Shown: one piece after another, positions 18,186 to 27,988 of the stretch
Layout of the letters: every line of letters starts with the position of its first letter
Position numbering within the stretch: the first letter of the stretch is position 1
From: Candidatus Obscuribacteraceae bacterium
GTDB taxonomy: Bacteria; Cyanobacteriota; Vampirovibrionia; Obscuribacterales; Obscuribacteraceae
Assembly: GCA_044226015.1 (NCBI GenBank)
Contig: JBGAHS010000001.1
Coordinates: 224,001 to 288,000, forward strand
Reading direction: 5' to 3'
DNA: 64,000 nt
Position numbers and translations under genes: made by a program
The notes under the pieces: generated by a model
Told to the model about the DNA's origin: nothing
Seen by the model: only the letters and a program-made list of their open reading frames with translations
Database searches by the model: none

Positions 18186-18215
18186 AAAAGAGCGCCTCGT
18201 GGGGCGCTCTTTTTT
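18186..18215 (+). terminator. Rho-independent terminator, possibly bidirectional
   Basis: AAAAGAGCGCCTC-gtg-GGGCGCTCTTTTTT. Confidence 0.85.
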
Positions 18216-18306
18216 CACGGATTCTCGCGACTGAATTTGGTCGGGTGTTGTTCGAGTTCCGAACCTTAGTTCAGGATCAACCGGAATCATCTACGAGCCG
18301 GCACAT

Positions 18307-19617
18307 CTACATGCCACTTATTTTTGTGCGCAATGGCATCATGTCGATAACATTGTCTGGAATACTTGTCGATTTCATCGGGTTCTTCTTTGATATGCCG
18401 GCTAACTCAAGACCTGCAGCTGTTGCCAGTCTTGCTACGTTGGCGACAAAGGGAATGTTGACCTTGTCGGCAGTATCTCGGGTGCTGTGATATGTTGGGT
18501 TCTCACCATTGGCGGTGTCAAAGGGCTCTGTAATTAATACAGCTGGAACACCTGTTTCGTTAAACGGATAGTGGTCAGATCTATTTCCAAGCTCATCGTT
18601 GTGCGCACCATAAACCTTTACGTCTATGTTGTATTGTTGCTGTTTTGCCGCGAGCAAATCAGTTAGAGCATGTTGCTTGGGGTCATCAGTGCTATCGTGA
18701 CTTTCAACGGTTTTGCTTCCAACAGCGTATCCGATCATATCCATTTGATACATCGCGATTATTTTTGTTGGCTTTCCGCTTTGTTGAGTCAAGCTGTCTT
18801 GAGCATCTTTGTATTGTTGCGCCATTGCGCGTGAGCCCCAGAGACCCTGTTCTTCGCCAGAGAACATCGAGAAGACTACAGTCCTGTCCGTTGGTACATC
18901 TTTTATCGCGTGGGCAATTTCAGCAATAGCTGTGGCACCACTTCCGTCGTCATCGGCGCCGGGTGCTTTTGATTCCTTTGCCCATGGCCATCCAGCCGTT
19001 GAGTCGATGTGGGCACCATACATAACTGCTTCATCTGGACGTGTTGTTCCAGGTTTTATTGCACGCAAATTGTAGTAGGTCTGCCCTCGTCTCGTGTATG
19101 GGTCAAGGGTTACGGTGTAGCCGTCCTTTTCAAATTTCTCTTTGAAAAATTGAAGTCCTTGTTCATATCCACCATAAGTACTTCTTGTTTCTATTTTTAC
19201 TTTCTTTCCATCAACAGTAGCTTCAGTCGCACCAGACAGCTGCTCGATGTTCGATTTGATTGTTGACTCAGAAATTTTACTCAGTACGTCCGCTACAACT
19301 GGGTCGGGCGCCGTCCGCTTTGCCAGCCTCGGCAAAAATTCTCCGGGCTCACCCTTCTTGTGGGTATGCTTGTGCCAGTCGTGGCTGTCAAACACGGGAT
19401 TGTCCGGAACATCAACCGGTTTGAATGTCTTTGTAGCTTCTTTCTTTGCCGCTTCGAGCGTCAGGCTGGGTAAGCCGCTGTTTTTTGGGTCTGCAGGAAA
19501 TGGAGTGCAGCACTTCATACTTTCGAGTGCGGCTTCGTTCAGTTTATTTCCAGCAGCTTTAGCAGATTCATCTCCTGCGGAATCTGTTTCGCGCTTCTTT
19601 GGTTCGATATCACTCAT
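18307..19617 (-). CDS. M28 family metallo-aminopeptidase
   Basis: GAHIDS, PGADDDGSG, SGEEQGLWGS, MDMIGY, RSDHYPF and YHSTRD zinc-ligand motifs. Confidence 0.92.
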   Translation of the reverse strand: MSDIEPKKRETDSAGDESAKAAGNKLNEAALESMKCCTPFPADPKNSGLPSLTLEAAKKEATKTFKPVDVPDNPVFDSHDWHKHTHKKGEPGEFLPRLAKRTAPDPVVADVLSKISESTIKSNIEQLSGATEATVDGKKVKIETRSTYGGYEQGLQFFKEKFEKDGYTVTLDPYTRRGQTYYNLRAIKPGTTRPDEAVMYGAHIDSTAGWPWAKESKAPGADDDGSGATAIAEIAHAIKDVPTDRTVVFSMFSGEEQGLWGSRAMAQQYKDAQDSLTQQSGKPTKIIAMYQMDMIGYAVGSKTVESHDSTDDPKQHALTDLLAAKQQQYNIDVKVYGAHNDELGNRSDHYPFNETGVPAVLITEPFDTANGENPTYHSTRDTADKVNIPFVANVARLATAAGLELAGISKKNPMKSTSIPDNVIDMMPLRTKISGM

Positions 19618-19806
19618 TGGTGGAATCCTTCTTCTCTGTGAATCTACAATGCCATCGAATTCGTGAAATTCTCGATCCAGCCTGTGTTGAAACCACGTAT
19701 GATCTTGTCTCTATTAAACACATTTCTCTTTTCCAGTTGATTGTGAGAAACTTTACTGGCAATTCTGCATCTCTAAGCAAGAATCAAACCCTCTTGCTGG
19801 CACTCC

Positions 19807-20412
19807 GTGTCATCGCAAATGGCGGCGCGCTTACCAGCGTTTTCTGCTGATCGAAAGGTACTAATGTTCGAAGCCCTAGATATTCCAAAACGATTTCCTG
19901 ACTTACTTGTTCGGTCGCTCCTCCATTCTATAAATTCAAAGCGCGAGCTAACGGACATACTCAACGATTTCATGATTGCCATTGAAGAGGTGGTCAAAAC
20001 TGGAATGAGTGCCTCTGTTTTGCTTTTGGATGAAAGTCGCAAGCATTTGCGATGTGCTGCTGCTCCCAGTTTGCCAGATGAATACAACAAGCAAATAGAC
20101 GGCATCGCAATTGGTCCCAATGTAGGCTCTTGCGGAACGGCGGCGTATTGTGAGCACCCGATTTACGTTGTGGATATCGAGAATGATCCTCTGTGGGCAA
20201 ATTTCAAAGACTATGCTCTAAAGCAAGGCTTGCGATCTTGCTGGTCGGTTCCCATCATCAGTAAATCGGGAACGGTTCTTGGAACTTTCGCCATGTACTA
20301 TCGCACTTGCAGAAACCCAAATCTGGAGGAGCGCTCGCTGATAGCTGACTGTGCCGACCTGGTTGCTACATTGATTAGCAAGCATGGCGAAGTCAGCGGC
20401 AAAACCGCTTAA
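19807..20412 (+). CDS. Stand-alone GAF domain protein
   Basis: AAPSLPDEY...IGPNVGSCGTAAY...DIENDPLW...LRSCWSVPI...VLGTFAMYY; start uncertain. Confidence 0.88.
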   Translation: MSSQMAARLPAFSADRKVLMFEALDIPKRFPDLLVRSLLHSINSKRELTDILNDFMIAIEEVVKTGMSASVLLLDESRKHLRCAAAPSLPDEYNKQIDGIAIGPNVGSCGTAAYCEHPIYVVDIENDPLWANFKDYALKQGLRSCWSVPIISKSGTVLGTFAMYYRTCRNPNLEERSLIADCADLVATLISKHGEVSGKTA

Positions 20413-20526
20413 GTCCTAACGACTGCTTCCGCGTGTACTAGGTCGCTTACCTTCCAAGTTCCGAAGTTCCACTGCTTCCGCGTGGACTGTAACTCGCCCG
20501 ACTATCCCTGTTCTTCATGGGCTATT

Positions 20527-21066
20527 TTATTTCGAATAAATGTCAATTCCGCGAAGCGAAGTGTCTGCTGGTACGAAGTGCCCAAAAGGTTTTTGATGCC
20601 CCCAGATATCTTCGAAGTTAAAAGAATCGATCGACTGTGTTTTGCCATAACTATAATTGCTTTCATCGGAAGCAGAGGGTGTGCTAAAGGTTGGTGATAC
20701 TAATGCTGGTGAGTACATCATTGATTCTGAAAATAGGTGCCGTGCGAAGGGGTCATGCGGCACAGCTGGGGAGTGAGACGCTTGCGTTGGTATGTAGTCT
20801 GCCGCTGAGCGCGTCTCGGCTGTCACTGAACTTGTGCCGATGAAAGAGCCGCCGATGCCACCATCGTTTCCTTGCCTGGTGTGCCGCGTTTGAAACTCGC
20901 CTGAAGAAGTTGAATAACCACTGTTTACTCCATAAGGTTCAAGTTTTGAGGACGAACCGGGTGTGAGGGTGGCGTCGCCCAGTCTATTTCCAGTCATCTG
21001 AGCCTTGACCTCATAACTTGCTGAGAGGCTTATTAGAACCGAGAGTAGGCAGGCAGTGAAACGCAA
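20527..21066 (-). CDS. Hypothetical secreted protein
   Basis: Signal-peptide-like N-terminus; Ser/Gly-rich; starts 2 nt after the MFP stop. Confidence 0.55.
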   Translation of the reverse strand: MRFTACLLSVLISLSASYEVKAQMTGNRLGDATLTPGSSSKLEPYGVNSGYSTSSGEFQTRHTRQGNDGGIGGSFIGTSSVTAETRSAADYIPTQASHSPAVPHDPFARHLFSESMMYSPALVSPTFSTPSASDESNYSYGKTQSIDSFNFEDIWGHQKPFGHFVPADTSLRGIDIYSK

Positions 21067-21068
21067 GA

Positions 21069-22421
21069 TTATTCTCCTGAAGCTTTTTCTTTCTTCTTTG
21101 TTGCCTGCTTCAATTCATCAACGCTCGCCAATTGTATTTTGACTTCGCTGCCATCCTTGCGTTCATTCGTCGCCTTTAATGCAACAAGGTCTCCTTCATT
21201 CAGCTTACCAGTTACCTCAACCATTTCATCCATCTGGTCGCCCTTCGCTACTGGAGTCCGTTTCAGTACACCGTTTTCAACTTTGTTGACAAAGCTACCA
21301 ACGAGGTCTGTGCCAACTGCAGAAGTCGGCAAGAAAATGGTTTTATAGGGGCGTGAGACTACCCATTCCACGTTGCAATACATTCCTGGGTCGAGTACTG
21401 GAGGGCTGTTTTCGATGGATAGTTCAACTGGCATGGTGCGAGTTGCTGTGTCGAGAGAAAACGCAGGGCGCACAACTTTGCCGTAAAATTCTCGTCCTGG
21501 AAAAGCTGCGACTGTGAACTTTACTTTGTCGCCTGCATGAAGACTACCAACTGCGTCTTCGGGAATAGCTGCTACGAGCCGCAATTGTGAAACCTGCTGA
21601 ATGCGTACCAGGGGCTCCGATTCACGTGATGATCCGACGGCTACTATGGAGCCTTCGTGCACGTTTCTAGAGCTGATAACGCCATCAAATGGTGCTGTTA
21701 TGGTGAGGTATGACTCCATCGCTTTGAGGGATTTCATGACTCTTTCCGCTGCAGATACGTTCTTCTCCTCAGCACTCACAACTGCTTCGGCCGCCGAAAT
21801 CGCTGCTTTTGTTGCGACCATTCTGCCACGGTCGCCTTCAACGGTTTTTTGCGCGACATCCACATCGTTTTGTGCTACAGCGCCCGGTGTTCGAGATGCT
21901 TCTTCGAGTCGCTTGTATGTTTGTTCATCAGACTCAAGCTTTGCTCTATCTTCTAGTAATTTTGCTTTCTCATTTTCTAGTGAAGCCTTCGCGCGGGTGA
22001 CAACAGCTTGGGCGGCGGCTAGCTTGGCGTTTGCTTCGTCGATTTTTTCTATGAGTTCGGGGCAGGAAATGCTTATCATTTTCTGTCCTTTCTTGACCCA
22101 TGAACCGCGGTCTACACCGATCCACGAGACGAACCCTTCCACTTTTGCATGGATTGGAACGTCCTGATAAGCACGAAGTTCCCCTGGCACATCTATTTGA
22201 TTTTTCAGGTCTTTCAGTTGTGCTTTTACAACAAGTAACGCGTCGTCGTTCCTGGAGTCGTTGTCAGCTGCATTTTCTTTTCGCTCAGTCGAAGCCTTGC
22301 TCTCTTCCGTTTTGTTGCCATCAGAGCAGCCCTGGACAAACAGTGTTGCGATAAGGGCCGCTGTTGATAAAAAGCAGAGCGCTTTTGTCGTTTCTGTGAT
22401 GCTTCTTGGTCGGGAGTTCAT
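21069..22421 (-). CDS. RND efflux periplasmic adaptor (MFP), lipoprotein
   Basis: VQGC lipobox, IHAKVEGFV, ITAPFDGVI, TRTMPVE and LDPGMY motifs. Confidence 0.92.
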   Translation of the reverse strand: MNSRPRSITETTKALCFLSTAALIATLFVQGCSDGNKTEESKASTERKENAADNDSRNDDALLVVKAQLKDLKNQIDVPGELRAYQDVPIHAKVEGFVSWIGVDRGSWVKKGQKMISISCPELIEKIDEANAKLAAAQAVVTRAKASLENEKAKLLEDRAKLESDEQTYKRLEEASRTPGAVAQNDVDVAQKTVEGDRGRMVATKAAISAAEAVVSAEEKNVSAAERVMKSLKAMESYLTITAPFDGVISSRNVHEGSIVAVGSSRESEPLVRIQQVSQLRLVAAIPEDAVGSLHAGDKVKFTVAAFPGREFYGKVVRPAFSLDTATRTMPVELSIENSPPVLDPGMYCNVEWVVSRPYKTIFLPTSAVGTDLVGSFVNKVENGVLKRTPVAKGDQMDEMVEVTGKLNEGDLVALKATNERKDGSEVKIQLASVDELKQATKKKEKASGE

Positions 22422-25400
22422 GAGATCCTCACTGTTTCACGTGCGTGCTCAGGTAGCACTGAGGCACCCTTGCGATTCGCTTTTCGTTGTACTAGCGCAT
22501 AAATTAGTGGTACTACCAGCAGTACTGATGGGGTGGATACGAGCAGTCCTCCGATAACGGCTCGTCCAAGCGGAGCGGTTCGGTCACCGCCTTCGCTCAT
22601 TCCCAGTGCCATGGGAATCATCCCCGCAATCATTGCGATGCTGGTCATCATGACTGGACGAATACGTGCTGCAGCTCCCTTTATCGCTGCTGTTCGCGCC
22701 GATATTCTCTCGCTGATGCGCCGCTCTTCGGCAAAAACGACTACCAAAATGGAGTTTGCAACGCCAACGCCTGTCGCCATAATCGCGCCCATGAATGATT
22801 GTATGTTCAGTGTTGTGTTTGTCAAAATTAGAGCAAGCATCGCACCAAATAGTATGGCTGGTACGACGGAGATGATTACGATTGATAGTCGCACTGACTG
22901 GAAGAAGGCAACTAACATCATCGTAATTGCTACGACCGCAAAGGCTACGCCTAGAATCAGTGCGTAAAAGGTGCTTTGCATGAGCGGCGTTTGTCCACGC
23001 ATTGTCACCTTAACACCCCGTGGTGGTTTGCCCAGTTCTTTTATAGTTTTGGCAACTTCATCTGAAACTTTGCCCAGATCATTCGTTCCCATATTTGCTG
23101 CTATGGATATCATGCGGCTCATGTTGTAGTGGTCAAACTCACCTGGTGTAGAGCCATAGCTGACATTGGCTACGTCTCTGACGAAAGGACCTGCATAATT
23201 GCCTGACTTGATAGGTACGTTGGCCACCGCATTCAGTGAGTTTATTTCGCCTTGTGGAACTTGAACTTGTACCTGGTATGACAGTCCGCTGCGGTTGTCT
23301 CGCCAGTAGATTGGTGTGACAAATCTACTTGAATAGGTCGCTGCTACCAGGGCTCTTCCAACATCTTTCACGGTGACATTAAGCTGTCCTGCGCGAACAC
23401 GGTTGATGTTGACGTTAATGGTGGGATAGTCCAGCGGCTGCACTATTCCAACGTCTCTGAGATCATGATTCTTCTTGAGTGCATTTAGAAGTTTGTAAGC
23501 ATACGCTTGCAAAACGTCGAAGTTTGGTCCGTTTATGTCTACCTGAATTGGTGTCGGTGAGCCAACCTGAATGATTTTGTTGACTATGTCTCCCGCTTCG
23601 AATGTTGTTGTTACGTCTGGAACTTCAGCAAGAAATTTCTTGCGCAATTGTTCTTTCAGTTCACGCATGTTGAACTTGCCTTCCTCTACGTCGACAAGCA
23701 AAATGGCTTCCTGCGGACCCGAAGTCCACATATAAATGTTGCTCACTGCATAGCTGGGCGGCTGCGTTCCTACGTAACCTATTGATACTTTGACGTTTTC
23801 CTTGCCCACTGTGTTTTCAATTATGCTCAGTACTTCTCGCGTGTATTTTTCAGTTAACTCAAAGCGGGTGCCAGTGGGCGCCTTGACACGCAGCTGAAAA
23901 CTTGTCGGATTGCCCTCTGGAAATAATTCACGTCCAAGTCTGGGATAAATCAGAAAACCAGTTGCGGCCGCTAGAACAAACAACGTTAGTATGATCGGCT
24001 TCATATGCATGAATCGAATCAGTACTCTTTGATAGGCTAGCCTGATTTTGTCCATCAAGCCGTTATCGTCCATGGAGTGGCTATGCGTTACTCCATGTCC
24101 CTGGTGATGCACTTCGTGCCTTGGGTGCGCTTTCAATAGCCAGGCACACATCACCGGTACAAAAGTTCCAGACAAAACATAAGAGGCGAACATCGCCAGC
24201 CCCACGGACAGTGACAGTGGAACGAACAGTGATTGTGTGACGCCGACCATGAAAAATGATGGCAGAAACACAGAGACTACCGAAAGCATCGCAAGCAATC
24301 TAGGTATGACTACTTCAAGTGATGCATCCCAAATAGCTTCGCGTAAGGGGGCTCCGGTGGCAAGATGACTGTGAATATTTTCAATAGTCACTGTTGCTTC
24401 GTCTACCAAGATGCCTACTGCTAGAGAGAGTCCGCTAAGGGTCATGATGTTGATGGTTTGTCCACCAATCCACAGCCCCACCACGGCTGATAGCAAGGCA
24501 AAGGGAATATTCAGAACAACAATCAACGAGCTGCGAAAATCCTGGAGAAAGAGCAAGACAACGCCGCCCGTGAGCACAGCGCCGATTGCTCCTTCGACCA
24601 GGAGCCCTTTGAGAGCTTCCGTTACGTAAATGGATTGGTCAAAGGCAAAGCTCACTTTAATGTCTGGCGGCAAGAGGGTCTGCATGTACTCAACTTGTTT
24701 TTTGATGTTGTCGACAACTGCCAGTGTCGACGCGCTGGACTGTTTGGAAATGGCCATGTAAACGGTCCTTCTTCCGTTTACCAGTGCATAGCCCGTCAGA
24801 ATGTCTGTTGTGTCATCGACTGTTGAAACGTCGCGCATAAAAATAGTTGCGCCCGGACCAGCTTTGAGTGGAATGTCTAGCAGTCTTTTTATATCTCCGA
24901 CAACTGAGTTGATGGAGGACATGCGTTGCAGATTGCCCGTGCGCACAACTCCTGAAGGCTCAATGACGTTTCCGTTGCTTACCGCCTCAACAATGTCATC
25001 CATAGAGAGGTGGTATTGATTCAAGCGGGCAGCATCAACAGTCAATACAATTGAACGTTGGTTGCCGCCAAATGGCGGCGGTGTAGACACACCTGGTATT
25101 GTGGAAACCACCGGACGAATTCTTGAATAGACAAGGTCTTGTATTTGCCCTAACTCGCGAGTTGGGCTGGAGAATACGAGATAGCCTACTGGAACGTTGC
25201 CTACATCGAAGCGCAGTATGAATGGTGTCACCGTGCCTGGTGGCATGTATGCACGTGAGCGCTCGACCTGAGCTACAACTTGTGACATTGCATCAGACAT
25301 GTCGGCTTCCGGCTGGAAGTAGATGTCCATGACTGCCGCGCCCTGGATCGAGCGCGATGACACATGGTCAACACCGTTTATATAGAAGAAATGCTGTTCG

Positions 25401-25600
25401 TAGAACGTCACCATATACCCTTCCATTTGCGAAGGGTCCATGCCTCCATACGGTTGAATGACGCTAATTCTAGGTAGATTCAGGTGCGGGAAAATATCGA
25501 TTTGCATTCTGGTCATTGCAAGAATCGACAACAAAACAAAACCCAGCACGAGAACAATTATCGTTACTGGCCGGGTCATTGCTAGGCGAATAAGTCCCAT
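22418..25600 (-). CDS. RND efflux permease (AcrB/CusA superfamily)
   Basis: 1060 aa; IDIFP, GILVDEATVTIENI, RIRPVMMTSIAMIAGMIPMALG and APLGRAVIGG. Confidence 0.95.
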   Translation of the reverse strand: MGLIRLAMTRPVTIIVLVLGFVLLSILAMTRMQIDIFPHLNLPRISVIQPYGGMDPSQMEGYMVTFYEQHFFYINGVDHVSSRSIQGAAVMDIYFQPEADMSDAMSQVVAQVERSRAYMPPGTVTPFILRFDVGNVPVGYLVFSSPTRELGQIQDLVYSRIRPVVSTIPGVSTPPPFGGNQRSIVLTVDAARLNQYHLSMDDIVEAVSNGNVIEPSGVVRTGNLQRMSSINSVVGDIKRLLDIPLKAGPGATIFMRDVSTVDDTTDILTGYALVNGRRTVYMAISKQSSASTLAVVDNIKKQVEYMQTLLPPDIKVSFAFDQSIYVTEALKGLLVEGAIGAVLTGGVVLLFLQDFRSSLIVVLNIPFALLSAVVGLWIGGQTINIMTLSGLSLAVGILVDEATVTIENIHSHLATGAPLREAIWDASLEVVIPRLLAMLSVVSVFLPSFFMVGVTQSLFVPLSLSVGLAMFASYVLSGTFVPVMCAWLLKAHPRHEVHHQGHGVTHSHSMDDNGLMDKIRLAYQRVLIRFMHMKPIILTLFVLAAATGFLIYPRLGRELFPEGNPTSFQLRVKAPTGTRFELTEKYTREVLSIIENTVGKENVKVSIGYVGTQPPSYAVSNIYMWTSGPQEAILLVDVEEGKFNMRELKEQLRKKFLAEVPDVTTTFEAGDIVNKIIQVGSPTPIQVDINGPNFDVLQAYAYKLLNALKKNHDLRDVGIVQPLDYPTINVNINRVRAGQLNVTVKDVGRALVAATYSSRFVTPIYWRDNRSGLSYQVQVQVPQGEINSLNAVANVPIKSGNYAGPFVRDVANVSYGSTPGEFDHYNMSRMISIAANMGTNDLGKVSDEVAKTIKELGKPPRGVKVTMRGQTPLMQSTFYALILGVAFAVVAITMMLVAFFQSVRLSIVIISVVPAILFGAMLALILTNTTLNIQSFMGAIMATGVGVANSILVVVFAEERRISERISARTAAIKGAAARIRPVMMTSIAMIAGMIPMALGMSEGGDRTAPLGRAVIGGLLVSTPSVLLVVPLIYALVQRKANRKGASVLPEHARETVRIS

Positions 25601-27268
25601 TTACATTCCCTTTGACTGTATGCGATTTGCTTCTGCTAAGAATGGTTTTAAATCTCCATGCACTGATGCCACTGCTAGTAGTGCCCTCCAAATACCGACA
25701 CGGGCGATTGCTTCTTGCATTCGCGATTGCGCCAAAACTTGATTGGCTTCTGCTACTTGTGCCACACTTCCAAGCCCAGTTTTATATCGAGCTTCAGCTT
25801 GTTGCACAGCATGTTCAGCTGCATGAACTTGTATTGGCATGTTGGCTGCAATTTGAACTGCAGTTTTCACCCGCGCGCGTGACTTTACGTCCTCAGTGCG
25901 TAGATTTTGCATCACCAGGTTGTATTCCTGCTGCTGCGCATTTATTCTCTGGTCTTGCACTTTCTTTTGAGCTTTGGTGCGGAAGTAATCAAGGAAATTC
26001 CAGTTAACGATAACCGCCAACTGGTAGTTTGGAATTACAGGAAAAACGCCATTGCCACCTAAAGATTGGTCGTGTTTGCCGTCAAGCCCCAGTCCTGAGC
26101 CTCGGGTGGAGAAGCCTCCCAGAAGGTGGAAAACGGGGAAGTTCTCTTTATCGAGTACTTTGCGCTGAGCTATCGCTGCTACAATAGAGGCTCTGGATGA
26201 CTTCAGTACAGGCACTTCCTCGAATATAGGCTTTGTCTGTTGGGTCTGAGTTGCTTGTGTGTCTGTGGCGAGTCCGGTCGGGTCGATCGAGACTTCGCTG
26301 CCACCAGCCCCGATGGCGTTTGCAAGGTTCGCCAGGGCGATTTCTTTAGCAAGTCTTGCTCTTAGAAGTTGGTTGCTTGCATTTGCTAATTGTGCTTCTG
26401 CTAGAGAGGCGTCGGCTCCTGGCTTGAGGTAGGCTTTAACCTGAGCATTCACAACAGTGCGGAACTGCGAGAAAGAAGCGACGTTTTCTTCAGCTGCACG
26501 AACTTGTTCTAAAGACTCAACCACGTCAAGAAATGCACTTGATGCCGCAACAGAAACATCGAATCTTGTAACTGCAAGTTGCGCCGTGGCTTGTCCATAT
26601 TGAGATTTGCTTAGATTGATGCGCGCTTTATGCAAGCCGAAGTCTAGAGGCGCCCAGTCAAGACTAGCACCAGCACCACTGTAAAAGATGGGTTTCATCG
26701 TCACATTATTGGGAAGTCCCGGACCAGCCACAGCCGGAAATACAGGGCTTCCGAAAAACACCTGGCTGATCTTGTTGTGAGAAGACATAATCTCTTGATA
26801 TTGAAGCAATGAATCAGGCAAATATTCATTCAGTTTTTGCACTGAAATGTTCTTTTGGGCTGCATTGCTCTCCGCGATGCTTCGTAATATTGAAGGATAG
26901 TTTCTTTCCGCATACGTAACCGCGGATGTGAGTGTGAATGGCTTTGTAATTACTGTTTGCTCAATGGAGTTTTTCAGGGTTACTGGTGATGAAAAGTCGC
27001 CGGATGGAGCCGGTCTGAGCGGAATGTTCTTACTGGTGTCCTGCGCCTCAGGGTCGCTAGTTCGTGGCGATAGGCTTCTGTTGTGGTTGGGCGTGCTCAG
27101 CTCAGGGTGAGCCAAGTTTTCGGGAGAAGCTGGTTCTCCCGGTCCGCGCAGTGCCGGTGTTGATTGCGCAAGGCTGGCGTTGATGCAATACCCGCTGAAA
27201 AAGATGGAAATGCTCAGGTAAAAACAACCTGCGTTTATTTTGCTCTTGATACCTGTTCTTGTCGTCAT
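25601..27268 (-). CDS. TolC family outer membrane factor
   Basis: Helical OEP repeats, ARYKTGLGS and LDFG; first gene of an OMF-RND-MFP operon. Confidence 0.88.
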   Translation of the reverse strand: MTTRTGIKSKINAGCFYLSISIFFSGYCINASLAQSTPALRGPGEPASPENLAHPELSTPNHNRSLSPRTSDPEAQDTSKNIPLRPAPSGDFSSPVTLKNSIEQTVITKPFTLTSAVTYAERNYPSILRSIAESNAAQKNISVQKLNEYLPDSLLQYQEIMSSHNKISQVFFGSPVFPAVAGPGLPNNVTMKPIFYSGAGASLDWAPLDFGLHKARINLSKSQYGQATAQLAVTRFDVSVAASSAFLDVVESLEQVRAAEENVASFSQFRTVVNAQVKAYLKPGADASLAEAQLANASNQLLRARLAKEIALANLANAIGAGGSEVSIDPTGLATDTQATQTQQTKPIFEEVPVLKSSRASIVAAIAQRKVLDKENFPVFHLLGGFSTRGSGLGLDGKHDQSLGGNGVFPVIPNYQLAVIVNWNFLDYFRTKAQKKVQDQRINAQQQEYNLVMQNLRTEDVKSRARVKTAVQIAANMPIQVHAAEHAVQQAEARYKTGLGSVAQVAEANQVLAQSRMQEAIARVGIWRALLAVASVHGDLKPFLAEANRIQSKGM

Positions 27269-27988
27269 ATAACACTTTGAGCTGATTTGGGCTTATTTTG
27301 CTGATTTGCTTTTGGACACAATCCTGTAACAGTTAGATGTTTGGTGCGAGCTTCCAGGCTGCAAGAATGCTGGTTTCGCTCTCGAGAATCTATCAATTCA
27401 ACATCTTTGAAGTGTGCAAGCTTTGTGGAAGATGCTTCAGTCGAAAACGCTGGGAATGTATTATTTGTGCTTGTTGACAGGGGGGCGCTGGGTAGTAACT
27501 GGACTGCTTTTGCTCCGGATTCCTGAACGTTTCCTTGCTTTACTATTGCTCAAAGCTCTTGTGCTTGCGATTTTTCTTAGATTTACTCGCTTGCCAGAGG
27601 TGCACACTTGTAGTTTAGTTTGATGAAGCAGCGCCCGAAATCGATTCGCCAGGAAAGAGCTTAGCGATTGCGCCTATTGTTTCGCACAGTTTCTTATCCT
27701 CCCAACGTAGGTACAAAGTAAATCCTCGATGTGTGGGATTTGGGGCACAGCAAGAATGGCTCTAACCTGTTTACCCTGCTTCTACAATAGCTGAGGAATG
27801 TAACTGAATTGTGTTGACACAAGAGTGGTTGCTGTATTCAATGGACGAAATTTTCTGAAAAAAGGGTCGGAAGTGAGAGATGTTCAATTCCTAAATCTAT
27901 ATTTTTGATTCTTTTTCGCCTAAAGTCGATTGGCGGTAGTTGAATGGGGAATGTGGTCTTTAGGAACGTGTATCTAGAGGTCAGCCCT

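Noticed and set aside
27265..27550. Open minus-strand frame ending in a TGA that overlaps the tolC ATG
   Set aside because: No convincing start codon or RBS and no recognisable product; could be a remnant but is unsupported.
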